The notes under the pieces are model-generated. The model was not told the DNA's origin. It saw nothing but the letters and a program-made list of their open reading frames with translations, and did no database searches. Shown in pieces: positions 19,040 through 26,918 of a DNA stretch of 64,000 bases. The stretch covers positions 281,935 through 345,934 of the forward strand of contig JACZJK010000016.1 in NCBI GenBank assembly GCA_014860575.1, given 5' to 3'. Positions within the stretch are counted from its first letter, which is position 1, and each line of letters begins with the position of its first letter. The stretch is from Bacteroidales bacterium (GTDB lineage: Bacteria; Bacteroidota; Bacteroidia; Bacteroidales; JAAYJT01). Position numbers and translations under genes: made by a program.

Positions 19040-21592
19040 ATGCACCTTAGTATTATCATCCCCATGTACAACGAGCAGGAAACCGTAGGTATCCTGCTCG
19101 ACGAACTGCTTAAACTTGAATTCCCCCAATTTGTTGAACACTATGAAATTGTAGTAGTTGACGACTGCTCCAGTGATAAATCATTTGGGATTGTTCAGGA
19201 ATATTTAAAGAAAAACCAACAGATCAGCCTGCACCGGCATGAAATAAATATGGGAAAAGGCGCAGCGGTCAGAACCGGCATCAGCAAAGCCAACGGCGAT
19301 ACTTACTTGGTGCGCGATGCCGATCTTGAACTTGCTGTTGATGATATTCCCACATTACTAAATGCCATGCAAGAGCTGGGCGTTGAATTTGTGAACGGCT
19401 CACGCTATATGGCCGGTGTGAACCGCCCCTTGTCATCTTATCGCCGATACCTTGCAAACAGGTTTTTCACCTTCCTTACATCAGCAATTATTGATGTGAA
19501 ACTCACCGACATGGCTTGCGGGTATAAGCTTTTCAAGAAAGATCTCTACAACCGCATCGAGATGAAAGAAAACCGCTTTGGGTTCGAAGCTGAACTGCTT
19601 ATCAAAGCGCTGCGGCTAAAGCGAAACAATATTGCCGAGGTTCCTGTACGGTATTTCCCACGAAATGAAGGAGAAGGTAAAAAGCTTCGGAATATTGACG
19701 GGATAAAGATCTTGCTCACAGTTTTCAAGTATGGAGTCTTTCAATCAATTGGCAACTCTGCACGTCGGTTCAATGCTTCAAAATGGGCCATCATCCTCAT
19801 CGCATTGGTTGCTTTGATAATTAACACAAATATCAGGTATTGGGAGAGGGATAACCGTGTGATTGCATGGGATGTTATCAGCTATTACGCCTATTTACCG
19901 GCGACTTTTATTCATGGTGATCTGACACTTGATTTTATTGATACGGAATACGGACAACATGGAAACCGGTTTTGGCCTGTTTATACACCTGAAGGCAAAA
20001 AGGTGATTAAAACCTCTATGGGCTTATCAATTCTTTATTTGCCTGCTTTTATGCTTGGACATGCCACAGCTTTTATAACCAACCACCCGGCCGACGGATT
20101 TTCACAGCCCTACAAATTTTTCCTAATCTGGGGCGGGTTTGTTTATCTGATTCTGGGTATGGTACTGCTTCGGAACATCCTCAGCAGATATTTTTCTAAC
20201 TGGGTTGTTGCATTCACTTTGCTTGCCCTGTTTTTTGGAACCAATTTGCTATACTACAGCACTTTTGAGGCAACCATGCCACATGTGTATAATTTCTTTC
20301 TTTTTTCACTTTTTCTTTATCTAACTCTCCGTTGGCACGAAAAGCAAACCATAAAAGATAGCCTGCTCTTAGGATTGGTAACCGGGCTTATCATCCTGGT
20401 TCGCCCGACCAACATCCTTATTATTTTAGTGTTGATCCTGATAGGGGTAACTAGCTTTCTCGAATTGGGAAACAGGGTTGTGTTTTTTCTTAAAAGATGG
20501 AAACATGTATTGATTATGCTGGCTGCAGCGCTACTTGTTTGGGTTCCACAAATGATTTATTGGAAACATCAAACAGGCCAGTTGTTTTACTTTTCATACC
20601 CGGGCGAACAGTTCTTTTTCAACAACCCACAAATATTGAATGGCTTGTTCAGCTACCGGAAAGGATGGCTGCTGTACGCACCGGTAATGATCTTTTCAAT
20701 TATTGGATTTGTAGCGCTTTATCGCCGTCAAAGACAGTTTTTCTTGCCATTGTTCATTATTATTGTGGTAACTGTTTATATTATTTATTCTTGGTGGTCG
20801 TGGTGGTATGGCGGCTCATTCGGTGGCCGTGCCATGATTGATTACTATCCTTTGCTTGCATTCCCGTTTGCTGCGTTTGTGGAATGGTGCAGCGAACAGA
20901 AGTTAATTCTGAGAAACTTTCTAATTACAATGATGATTTTGTTTGTACTTCAGGGAGCCTTCCACACCGTTCAATATTACTATGGGGCGCTGCATTATGA
21001 TTCCATGACAAAAGCTGCCTACTGGAATTCATTCTGGAAAGTGAAGCCAGGTTTTTATTATTGGGATTTATTGGAGCAACCTGATTCCAAAAAGGCAATG
21101 GAGGGGATTGCTGCCATTATTCCTCAATCAAAAAACACAATTCCTGAATCATTAAAATGCGATTACGAAATACTTACCAGTGATGGAAAGTTCTTTTTCT
21201 CAACTGATCAGCGATTCTTTTTAGGTAAGCCCCATTTGCGTTCGGACGAGATGGCAAAATCAGGTAGCTACTCACTGAAACTTACCGCTGATGAACAATA
21301 TGGTTCCGATTTTCAACTAAGAGCCAGGAAAGGGGAAACATATTTGCTTTCTGCCTGGAAATATCCCGCGGATTCTGAAGGCAGGATGGTTTTTGCTGCT
21401 CAGAAAGAAACTTCATTTTATAATGTGGTTCGCAAAGTAGTCGAAATTGATGAGAACGGCTGGGCCAAAATTGAAACAGAAGTCACAATTCCAGAAGGAG
21501 TTCAGGGATTGTTGAAGGTTTACCTCTGGAACAACGGATCAGAACCCCTTTACTTCGATGATTTTAAGATCACAAGAATTGGTAAACATTAA
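19040..21592 (+). CDS. fusion protein: Dpm1-type GT2 domain + GT-C-like polytopic membrane domain + C-terminal CBM-like domain
   Basis: Residues 1-240 align with the 12908..13645 product (IIIPMYNEQ, VVVDDCSSD, VRDADLE, ENRFGFEAE). Residues ~250-850 align with the 11033..12868 product (ADGFSQPY / ADGFSLPY; LKVYLWNNGSEPLYFDDFKI / LKVYLWYEGKEPVYVDNLKI). Confidence 0.8.
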   Translation: MHLSIIIPMYNEQETVGILLDELLKLEFPQFVEHYEIVVVDDCSSDKSFGIVQEYLKKNQQISLHRHEINMGKGAAVRTGISKANGDTYLVRDADLELAVDDIPTLLNAMQELGVEFVNGSRYMAGVNRPLSSYRRYLANRFFTFLTSAIIDVKLTDMACGYKLFKKDLYNRIEMKENRFGFEAELLIKALRLKRNNIAEVPVRYFPRNEGEGKKLRNIDGIKILLTVFKYGVFQSIGNSARRFNASKWAIILIALVALIINTNIRYWERDNRVIAWDVISYYAYLPATFIHGDLTLDFIDTEYGQHGNRFWPVYTPEGKKVIKTSMGLSILYLPAFMLGHATAFITNHPADGFSQPYKFFLIWGGFVYLILGMVLLRNILSRYFSNWVVAFTLLALFFGTNLLYYSTFEATMPHVYNFFLFSLFLYLTLRWHEKQTIKDSLLLGLVTGLIILVRPTNILIILVLILIGVTSFLELGNRVVFFLKRWKHVLIMLAAALLVWVPQMIYWKHQTGQLFYFSYPGEQFFFNNPQILNGLFSYRKGWLLYAPVMIFSIIGFVALYRRQRQFFLPLFIIIVVTVYIIYSWWSWWYGGSFGGRAMIDYYPLLAFPFAAFVEWCSEQKLILRNFLITMMILFVLQGAFHTVQYYYGALHYDSMTKAAYWNSFWKVKPGFYYWDLLEQPDSKKAMEGIAAIIPQSKNTIPESLKCDYEILTSDGKFFFSTDQRFFLGKPHLRSDEMAKSGSYSLKLTADEQYGSDFQLRARKGETYLLSAWKYPADSEGRMVFAAQKETSFYNVVRKVVEIDENGWAKIETEVTIPEGVQGLLKVYLWNNGSEPLYFDDFKITRIGKH

Positions 21593-23088
21593 TCAGGCTT
21601 TTTCTGAAAAACATATATCTCAAAATCACGGTTACCTATCACTTTAAACGGGTTTTTGGGCCTGAACACCATTAACTGCTCAAAATTGCCGCTTTCAATA
21701 ACACGTTCCACAGGCAAACGCCCTTCGTTTGCTGAATAATGCGCATCCCAGATCAGCAGGCTTCCAGGTTCCATCTTGTTGCCGGGGTTTTCATTGTCAG
21801 GAATAAACTCCTGAATCAGTTGCCGGTCGTGGGGGTCAATATCCACGAAAAGAAAAATTGAAGGGTGAAAATAATATATTTTATTTGAGTCAAGTCCCTG
21901 GTTTTTAATCCAGGCCATTGCATCACGAAGCACCATGTCCGACTCACCTAGAGGAACAGGGAATCTGTAAATATTGAATGGTGTTATGACAATGAAATAG
22001 ACCACAACGAACTTTAAAACTAACTGCAACCAGAAATTCCGGAACGACAGCAGTCTTTCAATCAAGTTGTAGCCTTTCAATGCAAAAAATGCAGCCAGCG
22101 GGATGGTCAACACCATAAAACGATCGAGGGCAAGTGCCCCTGTGCCCAGGTACCAGGCCAGCGAGTGAAAAGCAAGGATGCCGGCCAACGGTAGAAATAT
22201 CAGGAGAAATTCATCAATGTGTTTTTCCTTTAGCGAAAAACGTGAGCGGATCAGATCGTAAAAATGCACGCCTATCCCTGGAATCATTAAAAATGCTAGT
22301 GGTAAGCCCCAGATGAATTTTGTTCGGTTGATATAGTACAAAATGCTGCCGCTGCCATAAATTGAAAATGATCCGGAATGATATGGAATCTTTGTAAACA
22401 CCCAAAACAAGTCCTTAAAATGAAACCAACCTACCAGGGAATAAATAATTGTTGCAGTTATAAGCCACGGAATGTGTCGCCATTGACGTCGCAGCATGAA
22501 GGCGATTAAAAAAAGTGGCAATATGAGTAAACCTTCGGTTCGCGCAAAAGGAATGAATGAGATGACTATGGCCGACCACAACGGGAGATCCCTGAAATAA
22601 AGATACACAGCAAGCACAAGGATCAGACTGCCGGTTATCTCGGTCATTGAACTTGGCATTAAAGCCGCGTAAATAGGGGCAAAGAGAACGAAAAACACCA
22701 TCAGCAAGGGGTTCTGAAGATCACGCCCCCGGGCAAGTTTGTATGCAAAAAATGCTGCCAGAATTCCACAAATTACATTGTAAAGTTTCGTACCCAACTG
22801 CCCATATTGCGAAAAAGGGCTGCTTAACAATGTGAAGATGGGTTTTCCCCAGTGATCCAGAAAATAATGAGGGTACTGGAAAGCATATCGTGAAATGCGG
22901 TGGTGGTGCCAATCGTCGCCGCCGCCATGACTTCCCTGCGAGATGCTTGCAATGACAGCAAATACGGCTAATAGCAACAGAAGCAATACAAAAACAAAGC
23001 ATTTGTTTTCCAGAATTTCTTCGATCTTTTTTCTCATGAGTGGCTCTTTGTGCAATCCAGTGGAGTGATGGGTTTGTAAAATATTCAA
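21589..23088 (-). CDS. GT-C-like polytopic membrane protein (putative glycosyltransferase) with C-terminal soluble domain
   Basis: About 11 helices and a first periplasmic loop GGGDDWHHHRISRY. No closer family recognised. An alternative start is ATG 23037 (MRKKIEEI...). Confidence 0.5.
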   Translation of the reverse strand: MNILQTHHSTGLHKEPLMRKKIEEILENKCFVFVLLLLLLAVFAVIASISQGSHGGGDDWHHHRISRYAFQYPHYFLDHWGKPIFTLLSSPFSQYGQLGTKLYNVICGILAAFFAYKLARGRDLQNPLLMVFFVLFAPIYAALMPSSMTEITGSLILVLAVYLYFRDLPLWSAIVISFIPFARTEGLLILPLFLIAFMLRRQWRHIPWLITATIIYSLVGWFHFKDLFWVFTKIPYHSGSFSIYGSGSILYYINRTKFIWGLPLAFLMIPGIGVHFYDLIRSRFSLKEKHIDEFLLIFLPLAGILAFHSLAWYLGTGALALDRFMVLTIPLAAFFALKGYNLIERLLSFRNFWLQLVLKFVVVYFIVITPFNIYRFPVPLGESDMVLRDAMAWIKNQGLDSNKIYYFHPSIFLFVDIDPHDRQLIQEFIPDNENPGNKMEPGSLLIWDAHYSANEGRLPVERVIESGNFEQLMVFRPKNPFKVIGNRDFEIYVFQKKPD

Positions 23089-23101
23089 TTTCCAGTATTC
23101 T

Positions 23102-23109
23102 CAAAGCTA
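23102..23109 (-). promoter_or_regulatory. Bacteroidota -7 box TAGCTTTG
   Basis: Exact match on the minus strand, upstream of the 21589..23088 gene (13 nt from ATG 23088, 64 nt from ATG 23037). Confidence 0.4.
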
Positions 23110-23197
23110 CAATGGATGCGCAAAAGTAGGAGTTTATTTAAACTGCCGAAAGACAATATTCAGTGCTTCATGGTTTGTTACATTCGCCACAGAACTT

Positions 23198-23205
23198 TAG
23201 CTTTG
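23198..23205 (+). promoter_or_regulatory. Bacteroidota -7 box TAGCTTTG
   Basis: Exact match, 54 nt upstream of ATG 23260. It is the divergent partner of the box at 23102-23109 and has the identical octamer. Confidence 0.4.
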
Positions 23206-23259
23206 CAGCAAATATTTTGTCCGGAACCCATTCAGCTAAAATTTCCGGAAACCAGCACC

Positions 23260-24909
23260 ATGCAGAAAACTCAGAATTATTTACGCACAGGCTTACCGGT
23301 ATTATCATTATTGATTGTTCCGGTAGTTTTAGTCGTGATAGGCTTCACGCTAAGAAAAATCAACGGCGGGTTTTCAATCTTCGCCATTGACCCCGAGTTC
23401 AGCTATTTGTACAGTGGAGTGCTGTTGGCCCAGGGCAAAATCAACCTATTTACCGACCATCCCGGAACCCCCTTGATAGTGTTGGCAGCCATAGTGTCGA
23501 GGATTGTTCACCTGTTTCGATTACCAGGCCCTTTCGTTGAAGACGTCATGCAAAATCCTGATATTTATTTGAATGCCATCAATCTAAGCATGATCGTCCT
23601 GATTGCAGCAGTAGTTTTTATTGCCGGCTTGTGGATGTATCGAAAAACAGGGAATCTTGCAGCCGTGTTATTTCTGCAAATCTCACCCTTTGTGGCCGAA
23701 TCAGTTTTCTCATCGCTTGAACGCTATATGCCCGAACCCTTTTTTATAGCCGTTGTAGTGATGCTGGTTGCCGTGATTGTTGTGGATATTCATGGTAAGT
23801 TAAATGAGAGCAGCTTTCTTTCGAACAGGGCAATTATTTACGGTATAATCATTGGGTTCGGAATTTCACTGAAGTTCACCTTTGGTCCCTTCCTGGTCAT
23901 ACCGCTTTTCCTGCTTGGCGGTTTCAAAAAAAAACTGCATTATCTGGCAGCTATGGTGATTTCCTTTATCGTATTCACATTCCCTTTACTGAAAAGAGGG
24001 AAGGCATTTTTTGAATGGATAAAATCCATTGTAATGCACAGTGGAAAATATGGAAGCGGTGAAGCCAATGTACTTGATCCGAACCAGTTTTTCGCGAACC
24101 TGAAATCCATTTACCAGTCAGAAAAACACTTGATCTATGCGCTGGCGCTGGCAGCTTTTGTATTAATTATTTCACTGCTTCCGGTTTTCTACCGGAGGAT
24201 CAAGAACAAAAAATATTTATTGGCATTGGCCGCCATTGGTTCAGCAATGGTATTGGGTATACTGGCCATCTCAAAACATTATGCGGCTTACTACCTCATC
24301 CCGTATTCCCTTCTCACGCTTGCTGTTGTTTATCTTTCTTTTACGATTTTGCTCGAGATAATTTCTTACAGAAAGAGGTGGCTTGAAGCACTGCTTTACA
24401 CTGCAGCGGCCATAATAATTCTAAGCAATCCAATAAGTGTGACCCAATACCGGGTTTACAAGAAAATAAGGGTACAAAAGCAAGAGAATAAGCAACAGAT
24501 CATAAGCGATGTGGATAATCTTGCCCTGAACGGGGGAGCGTTGCTGCTCAGTGCCGATAACTGGCATATCAGCAAAGAAAGCGGACTGTTTTTCGGGATG
24601 CTGATGACTCCGGGCGGGAGCAAGTGGTTTGGACCGGTACTGAATAAACTTTATCCTGATACATACTTGTTCAAAGAATGGAAGGGAAGTTATTTCGATT
24701 GGTTCGACAAACCCCATGAAGCTGGCGAACTCCTTGAAAAATATTCTGAAATTACAGCCATTGCCAAGCATTATAATCCTGGGGTTTATGAACAGCTTGA
24801 AGCAACTTTTACGAAAACCGGAATGGCCATTGTAGAGGTCATTTACCAGGAACCCACAACTAAGTTGCAGGTTTATAGAATTGCCCGGAAATCAACTGCT
24901 GAGGATTAG
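23260..24909 (+). CDS. GT-C-like polytopic membrane protein (putative glycosyltransferase)
   Basis: Multi-helix N-terminal ~430 aa with an early loop DPEFSYLYSG..TDHPGTP, then a soluble C-terminal ~120 aa. I prefer ATG 23260 (MQKTQNYL...) over the listed 23116, because the upstream extension is non-hydrophobic and contains the promoter box. Confidence 0.45.
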   Translation: MQKTQNYLRTGLPVLSLLIVPVVLVVIGFTLRKINGGFSIFAIDPEFSYLYSGVLLAQGKINLFTDHPGTPLIVLAAIVSRIVHLFRLPGPFVEDVMQNPDIYLNAINLSMIVLIAAVVFIAGLWMYRKTGNLAAVLFLQISPFVAESVFSSLERYMPEPFFIAVVVMLVAVIVVDIHGKLNESSFLSNRAIIYGIIIGFGISLKFTFGPFLVIPLFLLGGFKKKLHYLAAMVISFIVFTFPLLKRGKAFFEWIKSIVMHSGKYGSGEANVLDPNQFFANLKSIYQSEKHLIYALALAAFVLIISLLPVFYRRIKNKKYLLALAAIGSAMVLGILAISKHYAAYYLIPYSLLTLAVVYLSFTILLEIISYRKRWLEALLYTAAAIIILSNPISVTQYRVYKKIRVQKQENKQQIISDVDNLALNGGALLLSADNWHISKESGLFFGMLMTPGGSKWFGPVLNKLYPDTYLFKEWKGSYFDWFDKPHEAGELLEKYSEITAIAKHYNPGVYEQLEATFTKTGMAIVEVIYQEPTTKLQVYRIARKSTAED

Positions 24910-24922
24910 TGCAACACTGATT

Positions 24923-24951
24923 CCTGAAATATTCTTCAGGCTATATTTTTT
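24923..24951 (+). terminator. weak intrinsic terminator candidate
   Basis: A cctgaa-atattc-ttcagg hairpin sits 14 nt after the stop at 24909 and is followed by ctatatttttt. The stem is short and AT-rich. Confidence 0.3.
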
Positions 24952-25025
24952 CGACATAATTCTTAACTTTACGCCATACTTTCTGTGTGTTCAAAGATTT
25001 ATTATTATCCCCACAAAACCCACTC

Positions 25026-26906
25026 ATGATGAAAACAACCTTATTTTTTGCAGCATTAATGACCTCTTTGGTACTAGTAGCACAAAGCAGTCCCGAAAAA
25101 GAAATGCCAACAAAAATTGAAGAGGTTACCGTTTTTTTAAACGGCGCCCAGGTATTTGAAACCGGAAAGATTACAATTCCAGCCGGCAAAACACTTGTAA
25201 GGGTGAAAGACCTCTCGCCACACCTCGAAGAGCAGAGCATACAGGTAAAGGCTGAAGGCGATTTTACAATTCTATCGGTGAACCATAAAATGAACTTCCT
25301 GAGCGAGTTGAAACGCAACGCAACCGCCGACAGTTTGAATCTAGCCATCGAGAAGATTTCGTTAAGTATTTTGAATGATAACGCAAGGCTTGAGGTCCTG
25401 AAAGAAATGCTGAACCTGCTTGCAGTAAACAGATCAATGGGCCAGGAAAATGCCGGTGTATCATTGACCCAATTAAAAGAAGCGCTTACACTTTACGAAA
25501 CTGAAATCTCAAAAATCAAGCTGGAAGAGATTAAAATCACTAACAGCATAGTCTCTAAAAAGGATGAGCAAAAAAAGCTGCAGGATCAACTGAAAGGTAT
25601 CAGCGATCAGCTTGAACTGCCCAGCAGTGAGATAGAAATCCTTGTAAGATCCGACAAACAGTTGGATGCAAAGTTCTTTATCAATTACATTGTTGGCAAT
25701 GCAGGGTGGTTCCCGAAATACGACATCAGGGTAAGCGATATTGAAAGCCCGCTGGAACTTACCTATAAGGCAGAAGTTTTTCAGAACACCGGAGTTGACT
25801 GGAAAAATGTAAAACTCAGGTTCTCAAATGGCGATCCAAGGCTTAGCGGGCAAATTCCCAATCTTGAACCCTGGCGGCTTAATTATGCCAGGTACACAAC
25901 TATTTCCAGTGATCGTGCTGGAACGATGGCTCCGGGAAATATCCAACAAGTGCGTGGCGTTGTTTTTGATTCCCAAACCCGCGAACCGGTTCCCTTTGCA
26001 AATGTTGTGGTGAAGGGAACATCCATAGGCACAACCTCCGACTTTGACGGGAGATATGACCTCATGGTTCCCCCGGATGCAACACATTTACAGGTTACTT
26101 TTGTAGGTTACAAACCCAAAGAGATTTTAATTGATGCAGCAAATATTAATATCCCACTTGATTTAGCCGCCCTGGCTCTCGAAGAATTTGTTGTTGGCTC
26201 CATGCCTTCAAGGGTTGCTGGTGTGCAGGTAACCTCATATGCAATACCTAAACAAAAAGCGATTGCTCAGCCGGTAAGAACAACCATGAAAGAATACCAG
26301 ACAACCGTTGAAATTGAAGTAGATGAACCGTATTCAGTAAAATCGGGCGGGGAAAAACTTGGAGTTGATCTGCGCAAATACCAGATTGAAGCCGATTATA
26401 CTTACCAGGTTGTTCCAAAGGTGGATAAGGATGCTTTTCTTATCGCAAGGATCACCAACTGGGATCAGTATAACCTTTTACAGGGCGAAGCCAATCTTTA
26501 TTACGAAGAAACCTATGTTGGCCGCTCTATTCTTGATACCAGGGCCATTCAGGACACGCTTGCTATTTCACTGGGGCGCGATCAGAATATAGTGGTCAGA
26601 AGAGAAAAAGTTGAGCAGTTCTCACGGAGAAGAATATTAGGCAGCAACATGCTTGATAGCCGCGGATTCAACATTACAGTGAGGAATACAAAGTCACAGC
26701 CTGTGAAGATCACTGTTTTCGATCAGGTTCCCGTTTCTGTTGTGAGTGATATTTCTGTAGCAATCACAGAGCTTTCAGGCGCGAAACACGATGAACAAAG
26801 TGGTAAAATTTCGTGGGAACTGAATCTTGCACCACAGGAGCAAAAAGAATTGAACTTTCAGTATGAGGTAAAGTATCCCGGTCGGGAAAGGGTAATATTT
26901 GAATGA
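25026..26906 (+). CDS. DUF4139/MuiA-like protein with inserted CarboxypepD_reg-like domain
   Basis: Signal peptide MMKTTLFFAALMTSLVLVAQS and a coiled-coil N-terminal part. The central VRGVVFDSQTREPVPFANVVVKGTSIGTTSDFDGRYDL..VTFVGYKPKE is a carboxypeptidase-regulatory fold. The C-terminal is DUF4139-like (memory-based call). Confidence 0.6.
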   Translation: MMKTTLFFAALMTSLVLVAQSSPEKEMPTKIEEVTVFLNGAQVFETGKITIPAGKTLVRVKDLSPHLEEQSIQVKAEGDFTILSVNHKMNFLSELKRNATADSLNLAIEKISLSILNDNARLEVLKEMLNLLAVNRSMGQENAGVSLTQLKEALTLYETEISKIKLEEIKITNSIVSKKDEQKKLQDQLKGISDQLELPSSEIEILVRSDKQLDAKFFINYIVGNAGWFPKYDIRVSDIESPLELTYKAEVFQNTGVDWKNVKLRFSNGDPRLSGQIPNLEPWRLNYARYTTISSDRAGTMAPGNIQQVRGVVFDSQTREPVPFANVVVKGTSIGTTSDFDGRYDLMVPPDATHLQVTFVGYKPKEILIDAANINIPLDLAALALEEFVVGSMPSRVAGVQVTSYAIPKQKAIAQPVRTTMKEYQTTVEIEVDEPYSVKSGGEKLGVDLRKYQIEADYTYQVVPKVDKDAFLIARITNWDQYNLLQGEANLYYEETYVGRSILDTRAIQDTLAISLGRDQNIVVRREKVEQFSRRRILGSNMLDSRGFNITVRNTKSQPVKITVFDQVPVSVVSDISVAITELSGAKHDEQSGKISWELNLAPQEQKELNFQYEVKYPGRERVIFE

Positions 26907-26918
26907 TTTAGAAGTACC

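Noticed and set aside
11033-24909. The possibility that the glycosylation island is a horizontally acquired mobile island.
   Set aside because: No integrase, transposase, tRNA target or flanking direct repeats are visible. I cannot compute compositional deviation reliably by eye.
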